The position numbers and the translations under genes are program-made. From the NCBI RefSeq assembly GCF_037042905.1, contig NC_087252.1, positions 25,794,001 to 25,858,000 of the forward strand: a stretch of DNA of 64,000 bases, written 5' to 3'. This document shows positions 13,442-26,007 of the stretch, in pieces. Source of the stretch: Lytechinus pictus. Its lineage: Eukaryota. Below the pieces are notes generated by a model. That model did no database searches, was not told the origin of the DNA, and saw nothing but the letters and a program-made list of their open reading frames with translations. How positions within the stretch are numbered: position 1 is the stretch's first letter; each line of letters begins with the position of its first letter.

Positions 13442-13675
13442 GGGGTATCCATTGTTAGTATGGGGTTACTAGTGTACACTAAAGCACTGCCCATGGGTTT
13501 ACATAGGAGAAGAGTTTAATAGGGTTAGGCAAATTGTTACATAAACTTGTTGGGGTTCCCCCATCCACTGTTTACACAGGGACTTAATCATTAGGGTAGG
13601 AAAGACTCAGGCATGTGGGCAGTTAGGCTGACAGGCGCAGTTGGGAAAGCAAGGGACAGCTTACTTTAATGCATG

Positions 13676-15643
13676 TAGTCCAGGATAGAAGAGGCATAAC
13701 CTTGTTTTTTTATATATACAATATTTTTTTATGGTTTCTTGTCAATTCGAGGGTGCTGATTACGAATCTGGATGATGCCACTCGTGTAACCTTGAGCATT
13801 TTCCGCAAATTGGCAAAATCCAATATGGCCACCAAAATATGCAAATTACCCATGAAAATCATCATTACTAACGAGATATATCATTTATGATGTCATATAT
13901 GGGCACATTTCTGTATTTTGATATCTAAAATAGCCGCCACTGGCCCAAACAGTATTGTGTACAATGGCAATGGGGGCCAAAAAATTCACAAGAGTGATCA
14001 CTATAATGCATATTATTAAGATTAAACGAGTGGAATACTGACTAAAAACATAATTGTTAACGAAATTTATTATTAATATGCCATGTATGTGATGAATGTT
14101 TTATTTTGATATTCAAAATGGCTGCCAAAGGCCCTAAAAGTATTATGCACAATGAGAAAGAGGAGCAAAGAAATCACAAGAGAGAGCACTAAAATGCATA
14201 TATATGTGATACATTAATGGGATACTGTCTAAAAACATATTTTCTAACGAAATATATTATTCAGGTTCAAGTTTGTGTTAAATACTGTATTTTGATTTTC
14301 AAAATGGCCGCCATAGACATTAACAGTATCATGTACAATGCAAAGTGGGAAACCAATATTCACAGGAGTAATCACCGAAAATGCATGTAATAGTGATCTA
14401 TGAGTGAAATATTGTCTGAAAACATGATTTATAACAAAATATATCATATCCTATGTAATTTAGGTGATAAATACTGTATTTCAACATTCAAAATGGCTGC
14501 CATATGCCCTTTTTGTTAACATTATTTGTCTCCACTCAAATTGTATATTATACGATAAGGGCCTATGGTGGCCATTTTCAATTTAAAAATACAGCATTTA
14601 TCAACTTAATTACACATGATATGATACATCTCGGTAGAAACCATGGTTTTAGACAATATTTCACCCTTTCACAATTCACAATTCACAATTATATGCAATA
14701 TTTAGAGTCAAGCAAAGCCAAATTCTGTCAAAATTGTATGTCCCATATTACAATGTACACAATACTTTTAGGACCTATATGGCAGCCATTTTGGATTTCA
14801 AAGTACAGCATTACCTCCACGATGTATTCACTTATTCGATGTATTTACTTAGAAATCATGTTTAAGACAATATTTGTACTCGTATATCACAGTTATATGC
14901 ATTTTATGATTCTCACTTGTGAAAATTAGTTTCTCCATTCGCATTGTACATGGCCTATGGCGGCCATTTTGAATGTCAAAATACAGCATTTATCACATAA
15001 ATAGTATATTAATGGCAATGATGGCAATGATGTTTTTAGTCAGTATTCCACTCATTTATCTAAATAATATGCATTTTAGTGCTCACTCTTGTCATTTTTT
15101 GGGCCCAGGCCATTGCCATTGTACATAATACTCTTTGGGCCAGTGGCGGCTTTTAGATATCAAAATACAGCAATGTCCCCATATATGACATCATAAATGA
15201 TATATCTCGTTAGTAATGATGATTTGCATATATTACTTCGTTCATACATCGCGATTTTTTTTTTTTGCGGTTTAGTGCTAATTTTTGTGAAAATTAGTTT
15301 TCCCTATTCATATTGTACATAATAGAGTATACAATGGCGGCCATTTTGAATATCAGGAAAATAAATATTTTGTCAAAAAATTATTTTTTCAGAGAGTATT
15401 TCACTCCTGCCACACGATTTCATAGCCAATGTGCGGACAATTTTATGATTTTCATGGGTAATTTGCATATTTTGGCGGCCATATTGGATTTTGCCAATTT
15501 GCGGAAAATGCTCAAGGTTACACGAGTGGCATCATCCAGATTCGTAATCAGCACCATCGAATTGACAAGAAACCATCAAAAAATATTGTATATATATAAA
15601 AAAAAAGGTTTGGTCAAGTTTCTATGGAGCCTATCCTGGACTA
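13676..15643. mobile_element. Non-autonomous TIR element, TAG termini, 3-bp TSD (Academ-like)
   Basis: TAGTCCAGGATAG...CTATCCTGGACTA termini with ~190-bp imperfect TIRs. ATG is duplicated on both sides. The interior is rich in AAAATGGCnGCC motifs. Superfamily is inferred only from termini and TSD. Confidence 0.8.
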
Positions 15644-17042
15644 ATGGTACATTAATGATGTACTCATATACCTGTTCCAACCCCCTTCCTCGCAATGTTT
15701 GCCAAGCCAGCCCCACAGTGCAATGAGAAGGGATTATGCAGATAGATTAGGGACCGTTATATACTGTTATGGGTCGAGGGATACATATAGTCCAAAACAT
15801 TGATGCCTGCGCCGACCCAAGTTCTCATAGGCTTGTTCTATTATTGTATTTATCATGTTCACTTTTATATGGCCATTTATAATGCATGGGTATTGGCCTT
15901 CACTGTATATACACGACATCAGTATGATTGGTTGGAACTAACAACAGTTTGACCATTTCGTTGTGCCTACAATGATTTGGAACCCTTATTTTGGCAATCA
16001 ATGGTCAGTGATTTTTACACTGCGAATTTGGCATATTTCTTTCAAACACCAAGTTTTGCTTGTAAAATGGAACTTCAATTAACTTGATTAATGCTCTTGG
16101 AAGTGATAGGCCCGGTATACATAACGATTTTCTCACAAGCAATAACAGTACTTATTCCTCCCTCATAGCTTGTTATAGAAGTAATCAGGAAAATTGTTAT
16201 AGAATTTGACTTCTCAATATAACTTCAATTTTATGTCGTGAGGTATATCTTCAGTATTTGTATTTTCTGATTATCTGGTAATCGCGAATCAAATATTTTC
16301 ATATATAGTGTGATATTTTGCATTTTTATGCAACAGCTGCATTATTGTTGAAGTTTCATTTTTCTAAAATCACTTTGTGGTTTTATCCCATTCTTTTCCT
16401 CTTCCAAGTTTATTTGCACAAATATCTCTTCTCCTAGATCTGTGACCATGACACCCTTATGATGTCTATACGTATCGTAATACTGAATACTATGTCAAAG
16501 ATGTATAACTAGATTGGAAAAAATTTCTTTTCTCAACTAGCTATGATTTTGTTCTGTAGATTTCTGTGTTTTCTATTCTCTTTTTGACCGTACTTATACA
16601 ATAATTTGGCTGCAAATCTGCTGATTTATTTGCAATACAATGCTCAGGACAACATTTTCTGTGCATGAATGGTTAAAATTGACTTTATCTGAATATACTT
16701 TAATTACTTTGGATGTTTCATCCAACATAATTGCCGTTTTTGCATGGCTTTACATGTATTTGGTATTATTGTTCAGTCAGTGCGTCTTACAGTGTATTTT
16801 CTCTCTACATGTATTTTGTGTCTTAATGAAATTGCCATTCTTATTACCTCTTGGTCTGGAATCAATTCAATTCTACAGCATTTATATGTTAATCACTCTT
16901 TATCGCATTCCGTTGTATTATTACTGCCTTACACAGTCTTTTCTTCTTGATGGTTGCTCGACAGTCTTAAAGAGTTCGTCTTTTGATAGTCAATTTCAAT
17001 CACCTCCACACATTCCTTTCTACATTTGTTATTTCATTGTAT

Positions 17043-20000
17043 ATGGGTAATGAGTATATTGATGTAAATGACCGTGGCGATCTCCCACGGTATTTAAACC
17101 TCCAAACACCTGATCTTATATTTGACTTAGATTCCAACGATGTACCCTTGCACAAATTATTGTCCAGATACTTTTCAGTTGACAACGTCATCAGTAACTC
17201 ATTGAAATCAAAGGACGAACTCTTTCTTATGCACCATAATGTGAGAAGTCTCAATAGGAATGTGGATCACTTTCATTCTCTTATTCATCAACTCAATTAT
17301 GGTTACTATGTTCTTGGTTTATCTGAGACCTGGTTGAATGATTTTCAATACTCTCTTGTTTCTATTGATGGGTTTACCTTTTATTCTAATAACAGAGAAC
17401 ATAAAAGAGGAGGAGGGGTCGGGTTTTACGTGTCTAATAATTTAAATGTCAGAGAACTAAAAGAGCTAAAGAAAATGTCTGATGTTATTGAATGTATTTA
17501 TATTCAAATTGAAATGCCTGACAAGAAGCAAATGGTTGTTGGTGAAATATACAGGCCCCCTAAAGGTAACACTCAAGATTTTTTGGATTGTGTCCAAAAC
17601 TTACTGTCGTCTCCTGTTCTTAACAACAAGAATGTCTTTCTTATGGGAGACTTCAATCTAGATTTATTGCATTGTAACACTGTTTCTTCTTGCCAGGAAT
17701 TTCTTAATGTCATGTTATCTAACTCTTTTATACCCTCAATTACCAAACCAACTAGAATTACAGACTCGTCGTCAACTTTGATAGATAATATTTTTGTAAA
17801 TAGTTTATCTCGTACATCATCTGGAATTTTGGTGTCTGATTTGTCAGACCATTTCCCTATTTTTCTTGAGGTGTTTTTCGGGAGAGATAACAATAAATCT
17901 GAATCAATTAGTGTTCGAGACATTTCAGAAGAAAATTTGAATAGATTTAGGGAGAGATTAAATGAGATCGACTGGAGTGTCATCTATAACAGTCAAGACT
18001 CGGATATTTGTTTTGACAAATTCTTGGATCTTTTTATGTCTACTTATAACGCTACAATCCCCCTTAAGAAGTTTTCCCGCTCCACATATAAAAAGACACC
18101 CAGACTCCCCTGGATCTCTAAATCTCTCCTTAAGTCTATCAACCGTAAAAACAATTTATTTTGCAAATATAAGAAACAGCCCAATAATGATAAACTTAAA
18201 AGGAAATATATTCGATATCGTAATGTACTGACAACTTCCCTACGTCTTGCCAAATAAATGTATTTTTCTGACCAATTTAACAAGTACAAGAACGATATTT
18301 CGAGTACGTGGAGAGTGATAAACAAGGTCTTACGATCAAACAAAAAGTCCGAACCAACAAAAGAAATCACACACAACGGGAAAATTATCGAAGATCCTAC
18401 TGAAATAGCCGAGTTGTATAACGATTACTTTGTTCAAATTGGTACTAACCTCTCAATGAATATCCCTGAACCTGATAGAGAATTTACATCTTTAAAAAAA
18501 AATCCTAATCCGCAATCTATTTTCCTTACCCCTATACTCGAATACGAAGTTAAAGATATTGTAAATAATTTAAAATGTAATAAGAGTCCTGGTAGTGATG
18601 GTATAACAAATTTCCTTTTGAAAAAGGTAATTAATGAAATACTCTCACCTTTGACATATATTTTTAATCTATCATTAATAAATGGCGTTGTTCCTTGTAA
18701 TATGAAAGTAGCAAAAGTTATACCCGTTTTTAAAAAAAGATGATAAACGAGAAGTTTGCAACTATCGTCCAATTTCACTTCTCACTTCCCTTTCAAAGTT
18801 ACTAGAAAAGATAATGTACTCACGCTTGATCAAATTTTTAACCGACTGTCAGATATTATGTGATTCTCAGTTTGGTTTCAGGAAAAAACATTCTACTGTT
18901 CATGCTTTACTTTCTTTTATTGATAAGGTGGCATGTGCCGTCGATAAGTCACTGCACACTGTTGGTATATTCCTGGACCTTTCCAAGGCCTTCGACACGA
19001 TCAATCATGATATATTGTTATATAAATTATCACATTATGGTATTCGTGGGAAGGCCTTGGATTGGTTCAGGAGCTACCTCAGTTCTCGTAAACAATTTGT
19101 TTCTTATACAGGTATAAATTCTAGTTTGAAATCAATATCTTGCGGAGTACCCCAAGGATCACTCCTTGGTCCCTTACTTTTCATGCTTTACATTAATGAT
19201 TTTAAAAATTCTTCCAAAATGTTGTCATTTATTTTGTTTTCTGATGATTCTAATATTTTTCTGTCTCACCGTGACCCACATACACTACTTAATATTTTAA
19301 ATACAGAACTTCAATCAGTTCAGTCTTGGATTAGAGCTAACAAGTTGTCACTTAATGTTAAGAAAACCAATTTTATGATTTTTAGTAATTCTCTTAAAAG
19401 TTTACCTGGTCAAGTAGTCATGGATAATGTAAATTTATTACAGGTTGAATCCACCAAATTTCTTGGGCTCTATATCGATCATGATTTGTCTTGGAATTGT
19501 CACATTAATTACTTGTGTAAATTGACTTCTAGAAGTATCGGTATTTTAAGCAAGCTAAAATTCTTTTTTCCTGATTATATACTATTAAACTTATATATGA
19601 CTCTCATTTCATCACGACTAAATTATGGTATATTAGCTTGGGGTAATACAAACAAGACGGTACTAGAAATGTTATTTAAATTACAAAAGCGGGCTATTAG
19701 GTTGATTAACCAATCTGACTTTTATGCACACACAAATCCATTATTTATAAAAAATAAAATCCTGAAAATTCATGATCTTTACGAATTTCATTTGGGTACA
19801 TTCATGTTTCAACTCTCAAAAGATGATCTACCGGAAATTTTCTCTTCCTTGTTTCAAAGAAACGACCTCATCCATTCTTATCCAACCCGCCAAAGGGACT
19901 CATTTCACCTTCCACGTGCTCGAACGTTATTTGCTCAAAGAACAATTGTATTTGAAGGACCAAGGTTTTGGAATCATCTTCCAAACGAAATATCTAGCTG

Positions 20001-20067
20001 TTTATCCTTAAGTATGTTTAAATGTAAACTTAAATCATTTCTTTTGTCCAGTTATGGACCCCGTTAA
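17043..20067 (+). pseudogene. CR1/L2-group LINE ORF2 (APE endonuclease + reverse transcriptase), Crack/Daphne-like
   Basis: APE motifs HNVRSL, LSETWL, IYRPP, GDFN, IDNIF, SDHFPI. RT motifs KSPGSDGI, NYRPISLL, QFGFR, FLDLSKAFD, GVPQGSLLGP, FSDD, KFLG. Broken by a TAA at 18255-18257 and a frameshift in an A-run at ~18732-18738. Confidence 0.93.
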
Positions 20068-20329
20068 GACGCACTGGCTGAATATATATAATGTATTTCA
20101 TTTGTACCTTTTTAAAGGTATACTGCCTAGTTTGAATTTTTTCATTCTTCGCTCACCCCCCCCCCCCCCTTCTATTTCACATTTGTCCACTTTCCCTCTC
20201 ATTCTTTACCCCAGAATCTTCAGGGTCCAGCTATGGGGTCATTTACTTGTCCGGCTTTTGTTTGAATAAGGGGGGGGGGGATATTTTCATCTTTAAATTC
20301 CCGATCGGATATTCTGAGCTTTTTTTGTA

Positions 20330-21130
20330 ACCATGAACATGATGGGTATACACATTTCTAAACAAGTGATGCGAGTGCGAAATGTGAGCGGAAAATTTTG
20401 ACATCAAATATGGAAAGTCTATAATCACCTTTGTTAATCAAGAACTGGCTGGGTATCTATCTCAACATTAATGCAAGCGCAAAGCGCAAGCTGATTTTTG
20501 TTTAATTTCCGACCCTAAGCAGCACTCTTTGTAACCGTGAACATGATGGGTATACATATCTATAAATAAATGATGCGAGTGCAAAGAGCGAGCTAAAAAA
20601 TTTGATATTCTGACCTAAATTTGAACATTCTAGGAACTATTGGTAATCATTAACAGGATGGGTAACGAGTAAATCATTTTATGCGAGCGCAAAGCGCGAG
20701 CTTAAATTTTTGATATCCCGACCCAAAACTGGACATTGTAAGCAAATTTTGTTACCATGAATAGGATAGTTATCTATCTAAATAATTGATCCGAAGCGCG
20801 AGCTGAACAATTCATGATATTCTGACATTAAATTTGAACATTCTGGACACTATTGGTAATCATTTAGCAGGATGGGTATCGAACAAATTATTTTATGCGA
20901 GTGCAAAACGTGAGCTGAAAACTTTTGATATTTCGACGAAACGTTGGAAATGCTAAGCACTTTCTAACCATGGACATGATCGATCGTCATAATTATTAAA
21001 ACAAATTGATGCGAACGCAAAGAGCGAGATAAAAAAATTTGATATTGTGACCTAAAAGTTGGCCTTTTTGAGCACTATTGGTAATCATGAATGTGATAGC
21101 ACCCTAACAATGCATTGGATACGAGCGCCA
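20330..21130. repeat. Degenerate ~120-bp tandem repeat with GCGAGCGCRAAGCGCGAGC motif
   Basis: Recurring ATGCGAGCGCAAAGCGCGAGCT...GATATTCTGACCTAAA...CATGAACAGGATGGGTA units. The same family recurs at ~24950-25960 and ~28760. Confidence 0.75.
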
Positions 21131-21189
21131 ACTCATGTGAAACATTAATTTTGCACTTCCCGGTCAACATGATATTGGAGCCCAAAAGG

Positions 21190-21402
21190 TCGAATATGAA
21201 TTTGGCGCCCCCTCCCAAGGTTGAACATGACTTTGGTGCCTCAGGTCAAACATCAAATTGGTGCTCCTATATTTAAACATCAATTCGGCGCCCGTAGGTC
21301 GAACATCAATTCGGCGCCCCTAGGTAGAACATTAATTCGGCGCCCCTATGTCGTACTTCAATTCGGCGCCCCCTATGTCGAACATCAATTCGGTGCCCCT
21401 AA
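21190..21402. repeat. ~30-bp tandem array (CAATTCGGCGCCCCTAGGTCGAACAT), resuming at ~29550-29600
   Basis: About 7 units before 21402 and 1-2 further units immediately after 29549. Confidence 0.85.
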
Positions 21403-22068
21403 TACCCCTTTTCCACTAGGGCCAGGACAGCGTCAGGACAAGGCGCGGAATGTAATAATTGTAATCCTCGACCCTTCCGCAACCTGTCCGGACATTCCTG
21501 GGAGTGTCCACAAGCTGTCCTAAACCCTTCCTGGTGTTCGGGAAATCAAAATTTGTCCGCATCCAAATTTTGGTCTCGACCAAAATTTGGACGCGGATAT
21601 TGAATTCCTAACACCTTCGGGACCTTGTCCTGACGATGTCCTGATGATGTCCCGCCCTTCCTAAACCCTTCTGCGTCTTCCGGAAACCATCGGCAATTAG
21701 GTCAGCTTGAGGAAGCAAAGAAGAAGCCATGCGGAAGGTTTCAGGAACTAAACGTGCGGATTGGAATAAGAAGGCAAGCGGACTGTTCCAGGAACGTGCG
21801 GACAAGAATAAGAAAGCAAGCGGAACATATCAGGAATGTGTGGATCCAATACAAATATGTATGGAACAGGTACACAAGAAGCAAAAGCCATTTAAGGTTA
21901 GTGCGCTACAGGGGAAACGGGACATAATACAAGGCAAGAATTACAAAAAGTAACGAAGAACGGGGTCAAGGGGCCTAATTACATAAAGTACAATGTATAC
22001 AACTAAACCTGGAAACTTCATATTTCAAGCAGTGTTTTAAATATTTCACGCTGATTTTTTTTTTAGGG

Positions 22069-22483
22069 GGCGGGATACAGACTTGAAGGAGGAATATTTC
22101 AAGCATTTTCTACTGATCCAAACAGAAGACATTTCAAATATTTCTTGCATTAGTTAAGCTGGTAATGATGCAAACAGATTTGTTCCATACTGAACAAAAA
22201 AGAAGTTTCAAGAAACGTTTAATTATGGACTAGATTATTTTGATGTACTCGACTGAAAATACGAGCGTTTAGGCAGGCGGGATACAGACTTGAAGGAGGA
22301 ATATTTCAAGCATTTTCTACTGATCCAAAAAGAAGACATTTCAAATATTTCTTGCATTAGCTAAGCTGGTAATGATGCGAACATATTTGTTCCATACTGA
22401 ACAAAAAAGAAGTTTCAAGAAACGTTTAATTATGGACTAGATTATTTTAATGTACTCGACTGAAAATACGAGCGTTTAGGCAG
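22069..22483. repeat. Direct tandem duplication of ~207 bp
   Basis: GCGGGATACAGACTTGAAGGAGG... at ~22070 and ~22277, nearly identical. Confidence 0.9.
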
Positions 22484-22643
22484 CGCTTGACTTTACGAAT
22501 GGGAAAATTTCTTAACAAAATAAATAATGCAGGAATACATTTCAAACTGAAATTCAAGTTTATATTCTTACTGCATTTTAAACACTTTATTTGATCCTGA
22601 ATAAGATACGTACATGTCTGTCATTAATGATAATAATAACAAT

Positions 22644-24528
22644 GGCTTATTATATTCACTCGCGTTCGTAATCACTCGCGTCGCGTTGGTAATCACTCGC
22701 GTTTTTTTATTTTTGGCGATTTTTTTGATTTCGGTGCGATTTTTTTTCTAACGGTGTCTTCAATGGGACAAACGTACTGGGAAAATGAAATTCGAGTTTC
22801 GTTTTAAGCCGGCAAGTGCCTTAAATAAAATGTTCTCGACCACTGTTTTAAGATAACAAGCAAATTTTGACTACTGTTTTAACATAATCACATTCCACAT
22901 ATTTGACCTGATTTCTGTTGATTTTGTGTACATCCCACATCGTTATCTCCCATTTACTGCAACATGTACTTCTCTCTCCGCACACTGATCAATTTGGTAC
23001 CGGCACTGTACTGAAGTTATTGGTCGCAAACACACGAACTAATGTCTACGGTATCCTTAAAAAGATTATTGTGCAAGTCGTACATGTTTTTACTTTTTCG
23101 TGCTCTCTCGACACTCTTAGCCTCTTGACACCTAACTTGAATTTCACTGAATCTCTTATGTCTTTGTTGTTGTTTATTTTTGGTCGGTGAAACTCATCCA
23201 ATGCATGAGCGTACCAGCGAGGGCTTCAATGACATATTAATATTTATGATTGAGGCCGAAGACGATAGTACTGTTGCTGGAACACGAAACGATCTGGAAG
23301 CATTCACTATTTCATCAGGTGAAATGATTCCTACACGTAAATTACGGTAGGCCATTGCACGCCAGATTAAATCTTAGAGCCATAGGCGGCGGAAGCGGGG
23401 GGATGCTCCCCCTAAAAAAAGAGAGAGAGGGGGGGGGGAGAAAGGAAGGGAAAGAGGGAGAAAAAGAGAATGAAAAAAAAGACAGACAGACAGAAATGAA
23501 GGAAGAAAGAAGCAAGGAAAAAGGGAGAAAGAAAGGAGAAAGGAATAAAAGAAAAAGGAGGAAAGGCTACTCTCGATTTAGCTTTGGAGGATTTCTCCTG
23601 AAGTCTGTGGTATTCTTTATAAAGCATAGTGAGGTGCTACAATTTCATAATATCATTATTTATCTTGCTTCTCCCTTTCTTTGTGAATTATTCTACACTA
23701 ACGTAAATGAGGGAGGAAAATAGTGCTGAAGAAGAAAAGCAAGAAGGAAGGAGGAGGAGAAGTAGAAGAAAAAAGAAGATGGAGGACATAAGGGGGGTAA
23801 AAATGAAACTAAGAAGAGAAAATTGAGGGGAGGATGTAGAAGAAGAGAAAGAGAAGATAAAATAAGGGGAAGACTGAGAATGTAAAACGTAAATAACAAA
23901 TACCGGTAATATTAGGAATTTTTTATTACCTGTGACTCCCTGAAGCCATGTCTTCTGTTTTCCAATCCATTATTTTTGGCTCAATCTGAGTTACCTCGTG
24001 CTTGGAGTTGGATCAGGGGCCTGGATGAATGATGTAGCCCACAACTTCAGTTTTCAGAAAGGCACCGGTACGGTACGGTACCTTGGCTTTGATCGTCGCG
24101 CGAATTTTTACCGTGAGAGCGCGCACAGCCACAGGGGCTGATCTTGACCAAAAGACTCGGTCTCTGTGTTTATTAATTATGTTGGTTGTTCCGCTGAACT
24201 CCGTTGGCTCCACTCACCAAATACAGAGAAATAAAAAAAAAATGTTTGAAAACTCCTCGAAACAGACTGCTGCCAGCTGTCTGGGGCGGATCAAGCGTGT
24301 TATCTATTCTTGATACTTAGAACAGTAGTCGAGTTCATTTTATTTTAAGGCACTTAATTGCCGGCTTAAAACGAAACTCGAATTTCAATTTCATTTTATT
24401 TCTCTACATGTCTGTCCCATTGAATACACCGTTAAAAAAAAAATCGCACCGAAATAAAAAAAATCGCCAAAAATTCAAAACGCGAGTGATTACGAACCCG
24501 CACGCGACGCGAGTGATTATAAACTGCC
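22644..24528. mobile_element. Non-autonomous TIR element with ~210-bp TIRs and 8-bp TSD (Merlin- or MULE-like)
   Basis: GGC...GCC termini and long imperfect TIRs containing ATCACTCGCG repeats. TSD ATAACAAT at 22636-43 and 24529-36, inserted in the (ATT)n tail of the adjacent SINE. Confidence 0.8.
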
Positions 24529-24536
24529 ATAACAAT

Positions 24537-24875
24537 AATGATAGCTAGTTTTTCTATATCGATTTTCTCAGAACGGCTCAAAACGCTTTACAGCATATTA
24601 TTACCCAAGTCATTCGATCAATTTCAATCCCGCAAGAAAAGTGCACAATTTCCACTCCTTAAGAAGCATTCCTTGCATTCATCGAAGCCTCAAAATGGCG
24701 CTGGCAGATTCAAACATACAATAACTTCCGCATCCTGCCGGGTACCCAATCAGCACCTGGGTCGAGAGTGGCAAAGTGTCGATTTCCCCTTGCCAAAGTA
24801 CGCTATACATACTGCGATGGGATTCGAACGCATGACCATCTGTTTACAAGGCAAGAGTCAGAACCACTACACCAC
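24537..24875 (-). mobile_element. tRNA-derived SINE
   Basis: On the minus strand: A box (TGGTGTAGTGG), B box (GTTCGAATCC), a central ...CTCGACCCAGGTG...GGGTACCCGGCAGG domain, and an L2/CR1-like 3' end (GTAAAGCGTTTTGAG...) with an (ATT)n tail. Confidence 0.75.
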
Positions 24876-25037
24876 GTCTCCTTCACAAAAACGAATAGGC
24901 ATTCGTGAAAAAACACTCTTGCCCAGGACATGTTTCTGATTAACATAAATGTCAGCGCGAAGCGCGAGCTTATTTCTTTCTATTTTGTCCTGAAAATTTT
25001 AATATTTTGAGCAATGTTTGTGATCCTTAAGACGATG

Positions 25038-25231
25038 CACTGCAAAAACTCCGTTGTTGATTTAACACCAGCTTGGTTTTAATCTAACACTAGATAGGTG
25101 TTTATACAACACCAATTAGTATTAAAACAGCATCGATTTTATTCCAAACTGGTGTTGTTTCAATACTTCTCTGATGTGGACATATATAGATTCCGGTCTG
25201 GTGTTAAATCAACACCGGAGTTTTTGCAGTG
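25038..25231. mobile_element. Small CACTG-terminated MITE (CMC/EnSpm-like)
   Basis: ~34-bp TIRs CACTGCAAAAACTCCG.TGTTGATTTAACACCAG and a 2-bp TSD (TG). Confidence 0.85.
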
Positions 25232-26007
25232 TGCGTATGTAACAAGCATTTACTTCGAGCGCGAAGCGCGAGCAGAATTTTTTTTATATACGCTCGGGCC
25301 TGATCGAAAAAAAATTGCAGTTACCAATGAAAAAGATCCATATTTCAACAATCAAAACATTTTTTGACATTCCGACCTAATACTGGAAATTCTAAGCACT
25401 TTTTTAATCATGAACATGAAAGGTAAATTTTGATGCGAATGCGAAACATGAGCGGAAACAAAATTGAGATTTACACCTGAAAAGGGTCATCTCACGTTTT
25501 GTAAATCAGGAAAAGGGTGGGTAATTTGATATCTTCCTAAATTAATAATGTGAGCGCAAAGCGCGAACAGAAAAAAAATAATATTCCCATCTGAAACTGA
25601 AACAAGATTCGTATCTCAATAAACATGAGTGCGCATGTTTAGACCTAGAACCTGGACATTCTAATTACATTTTTATCATATATTTGATATTCCGATCTGA
25701 AGAAAAATTGAATTTAAGCGCTATTTCAAGCACTGTGTAGGGAAATACTGAAGTGGATAGGGATCGCGCTTAATAAATGATGAGAGTGCGAAGCGCATAT
25801 TTTTTTATATTTACATCTATTTTGATGTGCTACCGGGACATTTTAAGGATATTTTGTCACCATAATACTATGATAAATATATTCCTATAGTCTTCCTAAG
25901 CGCGAGATGAACTTTTTCGATATTCCATTATGAAAAAAGGACAATGTGATTATTAGGAAATCATGAAATCATAAGATCAGTATGCTTGATCTGTAATGAA
26001 AATCATA

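Larger units (their letters stand above)
5270..15937 (+). mobile_element. Non-autonomous/decayed LTR retrotransposon (Gypsy-like, tRNA-Leu primed) with both outer LTR ends missing
   Basis: Direct repeats 5270-5778 = 12261-12769 and 5779-5935 = 15781-15937. The left LTR ends ...TTTCGCCACA at 6302, followed by a PBS. A PPT (GGGGAGGGGG ~11997-12006) precedes the right LTR start TGTGACGAAA at 12010, which is the inverted partner of the left LTR end. No intact gag/pol. Confidence 0.8.

Noticed and set aside
5270..15937. DIRS/Ngaro tyrosine-recombinase element with split direct repeats
   Set aside because: The PBS, PPT and TG...CA inverted LTR ends explain the repeats as truncated LTRs. No tyrosine recombinase or RT ORF is present.
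16640..17050. Hydrophobic ORF upstream of the LINE ORF2 as a possible ORF1
   Set aside because: A low-complexity T-rich translation with no ORF1 domain motifs.
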